A DNA stretch of 63,761 nucleotides, filler included, from Octopus bimaculoides (GCF_001194135.2; 6 parts of 6 records of this genome joined end to end with filler, not necessarily neighbours in it), one strand, 5' to 3'; shown: positions 23,423 through 36,351, counted from the whole stretch's first letter. A program made the numbers and translations. Notes: generated from the sequence alone by a model not told the origin.

Positions 23423-23744
23423 ATATATATATATATATATATATATAAAAGGGAGAAAATGGGGAAATTGACATGTAGATATCAGTTTATTCAAAGGTAT
23501 TAAAAACCATATAATGAAATTCCTGTCCTACAGCCGTTTCTGTATCCAATTAGTACGACTGCAAAAATTAAATTAATATATTGAAACTGGTTAATTGGAT
23601 ATTTCCGAGTTCAAATTCCATTGCAGTTAACTTTCCATCATTTTGGGGTCGATGAAATAAGTACCATTTGAGTACTGGGATCGATGTTATTGACTGGTCC
23701 CTTCCCCCATTTCCCCCAAAATTTCAGCCATTGGGCATATAGTA

Positions 23745-24700
23745 GAAAGGATTATTATTAAAACAAGTAAATTGGTAGAATCATTAGGGTGTCAGCTAAA
23801 ATGACTGACAATATCTTGTCATGTATCGTTACATTTTGAGTTCAAATGCAATTAAGGACCACTCTGACTTATATCCTTCTAAATACAACAAAATGGAATA
23901 CAACAAAATATCAATGAAATACTGAGGTCCCTTTTAATCAACTGACCCCTTCCCTGCCAGTTTGTGGGCTTCAGTCATGTTGGTATCATCATCATCGCAG
24001 TGGATTTTCAGTCAACCATATAGTCCCCACCCCTTGTGTCTATAGCAGAAAGGATTATAATTAGGAGCAGTGAATTAGCAAAATCATTAGGGCGTAAGCT
24101 AAAATGCCTTACAATATTTAGTCATGGATCTTTATGTTTTGAGTTCAAATCCTACCAAGAATCATTCTGTCTTTTATCCTTCTGAGGTCAACACGACAAA
24201 ATATCAATCAAATATTGGGGTCCCTTTTAAGCAACTAACCCCTTCCCTGCCAATTTGTAAGGCCTTGAGTCTGTATTACAAACAACTATTTTTTTTCATG
24301 GGCTTCAAACATGTTGGTGTCACCATCATTGCAGTGGTCTTCAGTCAACCATATTTTCCCCACCCTTTGTTCTTATAACAGAAAGGATTATAATTAGGGG
24401 CAGTGAATTAGCAAAATCATTAGGGTGTCAGCTAAAATGACTTACAATATTTAGTCATAGATCTTTATGTTTTCAGTTCGAATCCTATCAAAGGCCACTT
24501 TGTCTTTTATCTTTCTGAGGTCAACAAAACAAAATATCAATCAAGTACCGGGGTCCCTTTTAATTGACTAACTCCTTCCCTGCCAATTTGTGAGGCCTTG
24601 AGTCTGTATTACAAACAACTATTTTTTTCATGGGCTTCAAACATGTTGGTGTCACCATCATCATCACAATGGTTTTCAGTCGACCATATTGTCCCCCACC
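23745..24700 (+). repeat. Tandem array of ~305-335-bp SINE-derived units
   Basis: AGAAAGGATTAT..ATCATTAGGG..GCTAAAATG recurs near 23745, 24047 and 24380. Confidence 0.8.
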
Positions 24701-24770
24701 AAACCGACCCCTACAAACAGCACAAGAAGGTAAGGTAAGCAAAGGTATGGTAATTAGTGTTGGGTCTTAC

Positions 24771-24902
24771 CTGGAGTTGGATGAGACATAGCGCTGTGTC
24801 TGTTGGTCAGCTGTATCAGACTCCTGTAAACTCTGGCTGTCCTTGTTGTCATCATAGATAATCCATGTTTCCACCATAGAACCTTTACTGCCAAACGATA
24901 CC
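24771..24902 (-). CDS. Orphan internal exon of an unidentified gene
   Basis: ccctcttcag| 132-bp symmetric exon |gtaaga; open as VSFGSKGSMVETWIIYDDNKDSQSLQESDTADQQTQRYVSSNS; a second frame is also open. Confidence 0.55.
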
Positions 24903-24974
24903 CTGAAGAGGGAAAAGAAAGTATGGAATAATAATGATGATAATGATAATAATAATAAGTCAGTCAATAATAAA

Positions 24975-25530
24975 TGCCCTGATGCATACCAGGCAGTGGC
25001 TCTCGTGGCTTCTGATCTTAATTGACTGGAAGTGTTATCATGTACATTGTTTTGTCTTGGTATAAAAAGATGGGCCACAGCAAATATTCTGCTCAATACC
25101 ACAGATTTGCTTGTCAGTTGTTTGACCTTAACCAGTTGAGCTTGTCCCTTGGTGGCTGACGATATGTGCATCTCTGATCATGAGCAGAAGTAGTGGGGGA
25201 GCATCATAGCCATGTGTTGAGAGGAATTCTTTGGGGTTTGAATAATTCACCTTTGGAAACATGGGTGCTTTGCTCAACATCCTTAAACAAACCTTATTCA
25301 GGGACCTTTTGAGCGGGATGGGCTACTCGACCTGAAGAAAATTCTAACTGGGCCCCACCTGCGAGGTCATGCGCTGTTTATCTTGATATGAGATCACTAT
25401 GTTGCACACGTATGGTTGTGATGCATGTGCCTAGTGTACCCTTATCAGACGGGTAGTCATGATGGGTATATTGGGCTTCGTATATTTTACCCCAGGGTCA
25501 CTTTGATGGCATGCCCTGCTCTCTCACTCA
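24975..25530. mobile_element. ~550-bp interspersed element flanked by (TAA)n
   Basis: TAA-type repeats on both sides; the reverse complement of ~25405-25450 recurs at 7449-7498. Confidence 0.55.
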
Positions 25531-25692
25531 ATAATAATAATAATAACATGATGATGATGATGAATAATAGTAATAATAATGGTTTCAAGCTTAGACACAA
25601 AGACCAGCAATTTTGGGGGAAGATGCTATATTTCATTGACCTCAAGAGGATGAAAGGCAAAGTTGACTTTGGCAGAACTTGAATATGAACGA

Positions 25693-25725
<33 letters not shown>

Positions 25726-25733
25726 GTGGTGTA

Positions 25734-25776
<43 letters not shown>

Positions 25777-25850
25777 ATGTATATATATATATCATTATCA
25801 TCACTATTTAACATCCGCTTTTCATGGCAGCATATATTGTTTATATGTGG

Positions 25851-25906
<56 letters not shown>

Positions 25907-25956
25907 CATTTATCTATGAAACTCTCTCTCTTATACACACACACACACGCACAATA

Positions 25957-26019
<63 letters not shown>

Positions 26020-26509
26020 GTAATAAAGCTATTTAAAGACTGTTCAGTTATCAGAGATTCAGAGAAAAGGCAGAGAGGCAGTTCTTCCATGATGCTGTAA
26101 CCTTTGCAGACCTTCCCTCAAGAATGGTGAGATCGATGCAGTTGCCGCCCAGCCTGCAGGTCATCCAGACATCTGCTGTAGAACAGCTTACCATGTTTCA
26201 CTTACTATAAATATTCTACAATGCATTTTTGTGAAGGAAAAACACAAGAGAAACATCAAGAAGGTTGGAGAAAATTCTAGGAAACTAATCTCTAGAATAG
26301 TTAATTTGTTATTAACATACAGAGGTGCATTCCAGAAAGCTTGAAACTCTTTTAGGAGAGGTAGTTGTAACTGCCCTAAATTACTGTAATTCTAGTATAT
26401 CATTACTATGTTTCAAATAAGCTGACCTGCCAAATTTTGTTATCCCAGACTGAATGAGATGGCTGTAAAGGCACTTCAAACACATCCTGTTAAACACTGC
26501 CTGTCACCG

Positions 26510-26942
26510 AACTAAATTCGACGTTTGGCACCCATGCCAACGTCGTCTCCTTCATTGGACACTAAACTTGGCTTGCGAAGATCTGTTGGGGCAAGCGAAA
26601 GCGAAATCGTGACGGCACCTGTGCCCAGCTTCGCCTTCCTGGCACTCGTGCCGGTAGCACGTGTAAAGACATTTGAGTGAGATCGTTGCCAGTGCCGCTG
26701 GACTGGCTCCTGTGCAGGTGGCACGTAAAATACACCATTTTGAGCATGGCCGTTGCCAGTACCACCTGACTGGCCTTCGTGCCGGTATCACGTAAAAGCG
26801 CCCACTACACTCTTGGAGTGGTTGGCGTTAGGAAGGGCATCCAGCTGTAGAAACTCTGCCAAATCAGATTGGAGTCTGGTGTAGCCATCTGGTTCACCAG
26901 TCCTCAGTCAAATCGTCCAACCCATGCTAGCATGGAAAGCGT
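26510..26942 (+). mobile_element. RTE 3'UTR copy
   Basis: Reverse complement of the same module, ending CCCATGCTAGCATGGAAAGCG. Confidence 0.8.
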
Positions 26943-26979
26943 TTGGCCAAATTCCACACACAACTGTTTAACATAACAG

Positions 26980-27019
<40 letters not shown>

Positions 27020-27405
27020 NNNNNNNNNNNNNNNNNNNNNNNNNNNNNNNNNNNNNNNNNNNNNNNNNNNNNNNNNNNNNNNNNNNNNNNNNNNNNNNNN
27101 NNNNNNNNNNNNNNNNNNNNNNNNNNNNNNNNNNNNNNNNNNNNNNNNNNNNNNNNNNNNNNNNNNNNNNNNNNNNNNNNNNNNNNNNNNNNNNNNNNNN
27201 NNNNNNNNNNNNNNNNNNNNNNNNNNNNNNNNNNNNNNNNNNNNNNNNNNNNNNNNNNNNNNNNNNNNNNNNNNNNNNNNNNNNNNNNNNNNNNNNNNNN
27301 NNNNNNNNNNNNNNNNNNNNNNNNNNNNNNNNNNNNNNNNNNNNNNNNNNNNNNNNNNNNNNNNNNNNNNNNNNNNNNNNNNNNNNNNNNNNNNNNNNNN
27401 NNNNN

Positions 27406-27477
<72 letters not shown>

Positions 27478-28895
27478 ACAAAAACACATATAAGTAAGGC
27501 GCAACGGGCTATCTACCTAAATTGTCGATGGTATCTTCCAGAAAGATACGATAAGATAACTGCATGATGTATACACACACACAGACACACACATGCACAT
27601 ACACGCACACAGACACACACACACACATGCACGCATGCACTCATAGACACATATGCATATAGGCATGCACTCAGACACTCTGCCAGCCGTCAGCAGGGCG
27701 GAGGGAGATTGAGATTGGAACCCCTGCTGCTTCTATTTACTGTAATTAGATTTGTTGATTGATAAACGTTTTTTTGTTGTAGGTGATGTTGTTGGAAAAG
27801 AAAGTGGTGGTGGTAGTGGTAATGGTGGTGGTAGTGGTGGTGGTGGTGGTAGTGGTGGTGGTGGTGGTAGTGGTGNNNNNNNNNNNNNNNNNNNNNNNNN
27901 NNNNNNNNNNNNNNNNNNNNNNNNNNNNNNNNNNNNNNNNNNNNNNNNNNNNNNNNNNNNNNNNNNNNNNNNNNNNNNNNNNNNNNNNNNNNNNNNNNNN
28001 NNNNNNNNNNNNNNNNNNNNNNNNNNNNNNNNNNNNNNNNNNNNNNNNNNNNNNNNNNNNNNNNNNNNNNNNNNNNNNNNNNNNNNNNNNNNNNNNNNNN
28101 NNNNNNNNNNNNNNNNNNNNNNNNNNNNNNNNNNNNNNNNNNNNNNNNNNNNNNNNNNNNNNNNNNNNNNNNNNNNNNNNNNNNNNNNNNNNNNNNNNNN
28201 NNNNNNNNNNNNNNNNNNNNNNNNNNNNNNNNNNNNNNNNNNNNNNNNNNNNNNNNNNNNNNNNNNNNNNNNNNNNNNNNNNNNNNNNNNNNNNNNNNNN
28301 NNNNNNNNNNNNNNNNNNNNNNNNNNNNNNNNNNNNNNNNNNNNNNNNNNNNNNNNNNNNNNNNNNNNNNNNNNNNNNNNNNNNNNNNNNNNNNNNNNNN
28401 NNNNNNNNNNNNNNNNNNNNNNNNNNNNNNNNNNNNNNNNNNNNNNNNNNNNNNNNNNNNNNNNNNNNNNNNNNNNNNNNNNNNNNNNNNNNNNNNNNNN
28501 NNNNNNNNNNNNNNNNNNNNNNNNNNNNNNNNNNNNNNNNNNNNNNNNNNNNNNNNNNNNNNNNNNNNNNNNNNNNNNNNNNNNNNNNNNNNNNNNNNNN
28601 NNNNNNNNNNNNNNNNNNNNNNNNNNNNNNNNNNNNNNNNNNNNNNNNNNNNNNNNNNNNNNNNNNNNNNNNNNNNNNNNNNNNNNNNNNNNNNNNNNNN
28701 NNNNNNNNNNNNNNNNNNNNNNNNNNNNNNNNNNNNNNNNNNNNNNNNNNNNNNNNNNNNNNNNNNNNNNNNNNNNNNNNNNNNNNNNNNNNNNNNAACG
28801 TAGTGGCAGACGAAATACCGCTAAGCATTTCGCCCGGCGTGCTAACGTTTCTGCCAGTTCGCATATATATATATACATATATGTGTGTGTGTGTG

Positions 28896-29145
28896 GAGGC
28901 GCGTGGCTGAGTGGTTCGGGTGTCAGCATCATGATCGTAAGATTGTGGTTTCAATTCCTGGACGAGGTGACGCATTGTGTTCTTGAGCAAAACACTTCAT
29001 TTCACATTGCTCCAGTCCACTCAGCTGGCAAAAATGAGTAACGCTGCGATGGACTGGCGTCCCGTCCAGGTGGGGAACACATACGCCATTGAAACCGGGA
29101 AACCAGGCCCATGATCCTGGCTAGGCCTTAAAAGGGCGCATTTAT
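28896..29145 (+). mobile_element. tRNA SINE with V/Meta-type central domain
   Basis: GGCGCGTGGCTGAGTGG..GGTTTCAATTCC..TTGTGTTCTTGAGCAAAACACTT; related minus-strand copies at ~11170-11395 and 52600-52855. Confidence 0.7.
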
Positions 29146-29159
29146 TTTTATTTTTATTA

Positions 29160-29632
29160 TATATATATGCGTGTATGTGTGTGTGAGTATGTGCAAATGC
29201 ATAGCTGTAGGTAATGTGTGTGTGTGTATGTAAGTTTCGCTCAGTGTATGTATGTGTATGTGTGTGTAAGTTTGTGTGTGTAAGTTTGTGTGTGTGTGTG
29301 TGTTAATGTATGGATGTATGTGATGTGTGTATGTGTAATTGCATGTGTATATATGTAATGTGTGTGTGTGTGTGCGTGAGTGTGTGGATGTGTGCATGTA
29401 TGTGTCAATGCATGTGTGTATATAATGTGTATGAGTGTAAGTTTTTTGTGTGTGTGTGTATGTGTGTGCGTGTGCATGTATGTGTAACTGCATGTGTGTA
29501 TATAATGTGTATGTGCATGTAAACTTCACTTGGTGTATGTATGTGTATGCACAAATGCGTGCGTGTATATGCGCGCAGGTACATACGTGTGTTTGAGTGA
29601 ATATATGTATGTGCTTGAGTATGGGTGTATGT

Positions 29633-29668
<36 letters not shown>

Positions 29669-29750
29669 ATGTGTGTGTGTGATGTGTGCATATCTTAAGT
29701 TTTCTCTTACTCTGTATGTGTATGTGTATATGTATGTGTGTGTGTGTGTA
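29160..29750. repeat. Cryptic (TG/TA)n low-complexity tract
   Basis: Direct inspection; similar tracts at 35040-35270 and 38000-38285. Confidence 0.9.
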
Positions 29751-30030
29751 GATTGACTTGTCTTGGTTAATTGGGTCCCCACCATCACCACTGTCACCAC
29801 CGGTGTCCCTGCTGCGCTGCCACCACCAACGCCACTACTTGTCCCAGATTCCAAATAACTACATTTTGGTAATTGTAACTGTCCATAGGTAGCTACCAGG
29901 GGTGGTGGTGTGTGTGTGTGTCCTCCTCCACTGCCTCTCGACCCTTCCCCACCCCACTGGTGTTGTGCTGAAACCTGTCATTTGAGAACAACAACCCACC
30001 ACCACCACCACCACCGCTGCTGCTACCGCC

Positions 30031-30130
30031 NNNNNNNNNNNNNNNNNNNNNNNNNNNNNNNNNNNNNNNNNNNNTTAATTAATTAANNNNNNNNNNNNNN
30101 NNNNNNNNNNNNNNNNNNNNNNNNNNNNNN
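30031..30130. other. Artificial scaffold spacer 3
   Basis: 44 N + TTAATTAATTAA (30075-30086) + 44 N. Confidence 0.97.
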
Positions 30131-30404
30131 GGGGACAAACACTGACACACAAACACACACATATATATACATATACATATATACGACGGGCTTCTTTCAG
30201 TTTCCATCTACCAAATCCACTCACAAGGCTTTGGTCTGCCCGAGGCTATAGTAGAAGACACTTGCCCAAGGTTCCACGCAGTGGGACTGAACCCGGAACC
30301 ATGTGGTTGGTAAGCAAGCTACTTACCACACAGCCACTCCTGCATAATACATAATATATACATATATATATATATATTACATATACATATATTACATATA
30401 TATT

Positions 30405-30787
30405 ATGTGCCAGTGGGGCGTAAAAAGCACCATTCGAACGTGATAGTTACTAACGTCGCCCTGGTGGCACGGGAAACGGGAAAAACAGCATTCAAACAAA
30501 GGCATTGCCATTGCCGCTGGACTGGCTCCTGTGCAGGTGACACGTAAAACCACCATTTGAGCGTGGCCATTGCCAGTACCGCCTGACTAGCCCTCGTGCC
30601 AGTGGCACGTAAAAGCACCTACTACACTCTCGGAGTGGTTGGCGTTAGGAAGGGCATCCAGCTGTAGAAACTCTGCCAGTTCAGATTGGAGTCTGGTGCA
30701 GCCATCTGGCTCACCAGTCTCCAGTCAAACAAACCAACCCATGCCACCATGAAAAGTGGACGTTAAACGATGATGATGATGATGATG
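30405..30787 (+). mobile_element. RTE 3'UTR copy with (GAT)n tail
   Basis: ...GGACGTTAAACGATGATGATGATG. Confidence 0.8.
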
Positions 30788-31028
30788 TATATTATATATA
30801 TATATATTGTTATATATTACATTATATATATTACATTATATATATTACATTATATATATTACATATGTCTATCATATATAATATATATTTATTATATATA
30901 TATATATATATATATATTTATTCTTTTTTTTTATTTGTTTCAGTCATATGACTGCAGCCATGCTGGAGAACAGCCTTTAGTCGAGCAAATAGACTCCATT
31001 ATTATATGTATATATAATATATATACAT

Positions 31029-31076
<48 letters not shown>

Positions 31077-32184
31077 TATATACATAATATATATATATAT
31101 ATATATATATACACATTATATACATAATATATATATATATATACACACATTATATACATAATATATATATACACACATTATATGTATACATAATATATAT
31201 ATTACATATATATATTATATATATGTTATATATATATATATATNNNNNNNNNNNNNNNNNNNNNNNNNNNNNNNNNNNNNNNNNNNNNNNNNNNNNNNNN
31301 NNNNNNNNNNNNNNNNNNNNNNNNNNNNNNNNNNNNNNNNNNNNNNNNNNNNNNNNNNNNNNNNNNNNNNNNNNNNNNNNNNNNNNNNNNNNNNNNNNNN
31401 NNNNNNNNNNNNNNNNNNNNNNNNNNNNNNNNNNNNNNNNNNNNNNNNNNNNNNNNNNNNNNNNNNNNNNNNNNNNNNNNNNNNNNNNNNNNNNNNNNNN
31501 NNNNNNNNNNNNNNNNNNNNNNNNNNNNNNNNNNNNNNNNNNNNNNNNNNNNNNNNNNNNNNNNNNNNNNNNNNNNNNNNNNNNNNNNNNNNNNNNNNNN
31601 NNNNNNNNNNNNNNNNNNNNNNNNNNNNNNNNNNNNNNNNNNNNNNNNNNNNNNNNNNNNNNNNNNNNNNNNNNNNNNNNNNNNNNNNNNNNNNNNNNNN
31701 NNNNNNNNNNNNNNNNNNNNNNNNNNNNNNNNNNNNNNNNNNNNNNNNNNNNNNNNNNNNNNNNNNNNNNNNNNNNNNNNNNNNNNNNNNNNNNNNNNNN
31801 NNNNNNNNNNNNNNNNNNNNNNNNNNNNNNNNNNNNNNNNNNNNNNNNNNNNNNNNNNNNNNNNNNNNNNNNNNNNNNNNNNNNNNNNNNNNNNNNNNNN
31901 NNNNNNNNNNNNNNNNNNNNNNNNNNNNNNNNNNNNNNNNNNNNNNNNNNNNNNNNNNNNNNNNNNNNNNNNNNNNNNNNNNNNNNNNNNNNNNNNNNNN
32001 NNNNNNNNNNNNNNNNNNNNNNNNNNNNNNNNNNNNNNNNNNNNNNNNNNNNNNNNNNNNNNNNNNNNNNNNNNNNNNNNNNNNNNNNNNNNNNNNNNNN
32101 NNNNNNNNNNNNNNNNNNNNNNNNNNNNNNNNNNNNNNNNNNNNNNNNNNNNNNNNNNNNNNNNNNNNNNNAATATATATACAT

Positions 32185-32258
<74 letters not shown>

Positions 32259-32269
32259 TATATATGCAG

Positions 32270-32304
<35 letters not shown>

Positions 32305-32926
32305 TAAGAGCAACAAATTATACCAATGTAGAAAACACGACAGAGAGGGAGAGAGCAAGTGAGACCAATTGATTGATAAATTGATTGATCCTAAATTGCA
32401 GGCCTGTATGTAATGATAGATAGATAGATAGATAGATAGATATGTATATAAATGAGTGTGAGACAGAGAGGAAGAGGAGAGACAGATAAATGAAGAAAAG
32501 AAACGGCGAGAAACAGACGAAAACGATGTTTAAATAGAGTAAATGGTTATATTAATAATGCACATTACAAAATGTATCTAATCTGAACTTGCAACTCCCA
32601 CGCAAAATTGAACATGAGACTGAAGACATCATTCAAAATATCTGTCTGAATATATTTGACTTTTTACCATTTTACTTTTTCTTCATAAAAGCTATGACAT
32701 CGAGCGCAACATATTGTTGAAACGAGAATTAAACAGTCTCTATGGTGTCGTACGAAATGGTTAGAGATAGTAGCAAAATTTCTCTTCATCACACGGCTGT
32801 AGTCCTAGATACTCAATTTCCCATTTTTAAAAAAAAATCATATATCTTTGACAGTTGGTCTGCTTGATTAGGAATGACCTGAAGATTTAACAACCAAGAC
32901 CAGAATTAGACAAGAGCAATGCTTAC

Positions 32927-32962
32927 CTTGTAGAACCTTCACGTCAACAGTTTAACATCAAC
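32927..32962 (-). other. Probable non-coding (5'UTR) micro-exon, 36 bp
   Basis: ctatag|GTTGATG...CTACAAG|gtaagc; stop codons in all three frames. Confidence 0.45.
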
Positions 32963-33241
32963 CTATAGTAGTGGTGATGGGGGTAGGAGTAGCAGACGTA
33001 GTAGTAGTAATAGTAGTAGTAGTAGTGGGAGTAGTAGTAGTAGTAGTATGTGAAATAGAAGAAGAAATGATAGTAGTAATAGTGAATGAATGACACTATT
33101 GTTATTATCTACGATGTTGATTGTGATGAGAATATTTCCTCCCTTTCCTCTTTCTCTTAATATATTTCTATTTGACGATCACGTTCCTTTCCCAACACTC
33201 GTTTAACCTTTAATTTCTTGCCTCTCTTTCTCCGCTTTTAC

Positions 33242-33480
33242 CTCTCGGTTTATATTCTATATGGGGTGGGGTGTTGTTAACTCTAGATTCTCATCTTTCT
33301 ATTGCTTCCTATTTCACTTGTACTTTAGCTTTTCTCTCTCTCTTTCTATCTATCTCTCTCTCTCTCTCTCTTTTAATACCATTATTTATTTCTTCTACAA
33401 TTTACTGTCCCCCTCTCCTATTTTCTCTTTATTTCTTTACAACACGCAATACAAAATGGCGGCTACATTAAAGCAGACGA
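33242..33480 (-). promoter_or_regulatory. Probable TSS/first exon with YY1-type motif
   Basis: AAAATGGCGGC at 33453-33463 (GCCGCCATTTT on minus); donor GAG|gtaaaa at 33241, upstream of the 36-bp exon. Confidence 0.4.
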
Positions 33481-33959
33481 TTTAGAACCTGCACTACGGA
33501 AGGACATACGTAGAAGCAAATTTCATTTCGACACTATAAAATTTTGTTTTTCTTCTCAAATAAAACGTGTACCGTAAACTATGATCTCGTTATCCTTATA
33601 GTAGTATTAGTAGTATAAGTGTTAAACAAAATTCATTTACCAGGAAACTATTTCAAATGTGATGGTTCTAGTTTTAAAAGACCACTCTACTCTTTCGCAA
33701 ATGGGATTGTGGGTAAGGCTGAATGTAAATGATGTAACACCTTGCGAACATTTCATAGTAACTTTCATTTCACTGCACAAGTAATTTTCAGGTTGGTTAT
33801 GTCTTAGAAAGTTTCAACAAGTCAATACAACTGAAAGAATAATTCTGTCGCATTCATAATTAGTTGGTTGCAAAAGCTCTGTAAGCTTGCCAAGGCAGGA
33901 GAAAATATGTATGTACGTACATACATACATACAGACAGACAGACACGTACGTACGTATC

Positions 33960-34705
33960 TATGTATGAACAATGTGTCCCAACTATGCAAACCCTATGAA
34001 ACAAAGAAACATGTACAGAACTTCATGCACCACATGCAATTCTCTGGATAGGATCAGAAAGATAGGGTTCGAGTATACAAGGTTGCTAGAAAGAAGTTAT
34101 ATAACATTATATGTAATGAAACCAGTGGTACCTGCCCTAGATATAGAAGCAAAGACTGAAATAGGATACAAAGACCTTGTGACAAAGCAAACAGTGTGAA
34201 CACATGGTATAAAACAGACAAATATTAAGGAATGATGTTTGTAGAGGCCACAACCCATGGAGAACTAGCCCGTAGATTTAGGAAAGCTCTGAAGAAGACC
34301 AAACTCAACATTAAGATTGTTGAAAACCCAGGGAACTCCATCAGATCACAACTATGTAGGTCGTACCCCTTTGAGAATACCATATGCACCAATGATAACT
34401 GCATGGTATGTAGGATTAGCCCTGGTATTAACTGTGGAACTAGAAATGTAGTCTACAGCATAAGATGCATAGGGGAGACATCTAGGAGCAATGCGGAAAG
34501 ACTACATGGACATTTGAGACAATATGACAACAAAAAACAGTCCTCCATATTCTACCAACTTGCCAAGGACCAACATGGAGGCAACCTGGGTCAACTTGAT
34601 ATCCACATTTTATCCAAGTACCTAAAGGACCCAACACTCAGACAAATACAGGAGTACGTCCTCATAAATGAAACATCCCCGGTACTAAATAGGAAATATA
34701 TCTAG
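33960..34705 (+). mobile_element. Penelope-like element 3' part (Cys linker + GIY-YIG endonuclease), decayed
   Basis: FVEATTHGELARRFRK...CTNDNCMVC...CGTRNVVYSIRC-IGETSRSNAERLHGH...RQIQEYVLI...PVLNRK. Confidence 0.8.
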
Positions 34706-36049
34706 TAGATAATCATACCCCCATACCCACAGTTAATATTTATATACAGGTAGAATAGTTAGTGGACTGTTATGTAGATGTGTGTGTGTGTGTATGCACA
34801 TGTATGTAAGCAAATGGATATGAAAGTAAACAGATAGACATACAGGCAGATAAGTACATAGGTAATATGAACAGACAAACACACATACACAAACAAAGAC
34901 TGAAACCCAACAATATACACACACACACTTCACTTCACTCAAGGACACATATGGAGATACACGTCCACACATATGGAGATACACATCTATACATACAGAT
35001 ACAGTACATAGTCACAAAAACCCATACACACACACACTCAGACATGTACATTCAAGGGGACAAAGGTACACACACACATAAAAACACACAAACATGAATA
35101 TGCAGAATACATATATACAAATGTGCACACATACATACATATATATATATATGCACATGCACACACACACATACATACATACACACACATACATACATAC
35201 ATACATACATACATACATACATACATACATACATGTGTATGCGCACACACACACACACACACTGACCCATACACATGTGCAGAAACAAACAAAAAGAATG
35301 CAGCTTGAATAATGGACAGAGTCAACAACTATTGAAAAGGTTGCAAGATGCAATGAAAATTTGAGAGAAATAAATAAGTAAATGAGTGAAAATTTTACCA
35401 GTGAGTGTGTTAAATTATAAGGCACTAAAAGAGAATGACTCTCCCCAGACACAACAGAATATGCCCCAATACATGAACTTACATAAAGAATCTTGCAAAC
35501 CAAATCCAAAACGAAATTAATTCATAGTATTTTNNNNNNNNNNNNNNNNNNNNNNNNNNNNNNNNNNNNNNNNNNNNNNNNNNNNNNNNNNNNNNNNNNN
35601 NNNNNNNNNNNNNNNNNNNNNNNNNNNNNNNNNNNNNNNNNNNNNNNNNNNNNNNNNNNNNNNNNNNNNNNNNNNNNNNNNNNNNNNNNNNNNNNNNNNN
35701 NNNNNNNNNNNNNNNNNNNNNNNNNNNNNNNNNNNNNNNNNNNNNNNNNNNNNNNNNNNNNNNNNNNNNNNNNNNNNNNNNNNNNNNNNNNNNNNNNNNN
35801 NNNNNNNNNNNNNNNNNNNNNNNNNNNNNNNNNNNNNNNNNNNNNNNNNNNNNNNNNNNNNNNNNNNNNNNNNNNNNNNNNNNNNNNNNNNNNNNNNNNN
35901 NNNNNNNNNNNNNNNNNNNNNNNNCCATTAATGGTGGGATCAACAAAACATCATTCCATCCAATGAGAGATAAACATCATTTAATGAACAGGATTTACAT
36001 TCAAGCTGCTATTAGTTTCATGAAACTAATAATAGCTCAAATTTAAATC

Positions 36050-36090
<41 letters not shown>

Positions 36091-36093
<3 letters not shown>

Positions 36094-36351
36094 AAAATAT
36101 GTATACAGAAAATCACATCTTTATGGTAGAATCCACTTTATAAAGCCAACAATTGTTTCTATTGCATTAACATATTTAGATATAGAAAATATCGTTGAAA
36201 TTAATATTTCCAAAAATACATGTTAACACATATGTGTATTTTCAGAAATATTAATTTTAATGATATTTTCTATATCTAAATAGAAACAATTGTTGGCTTC
36301 ATAAGGTAGATTCTACAATAAAGATGTGGTTTTCTCTATATGTATTTTTGT
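36091..36351. repeat. Foldback (long inverted repeat) element
   Basis: Arms of ~120-130 bp, e.g. AAGCCAACAATTGTTTCT / AGAAACAATTGTTGGCTT and ATTTAGATATAGAAAATATC / GATATTTTCTATATCTAAAT. Confidence 0.85.

Noticed and set aside
26050-26215. GC-richer patch as an exon
   Set aside because: No consistent acceptor/donor pair with a recognisable frame on either strand.
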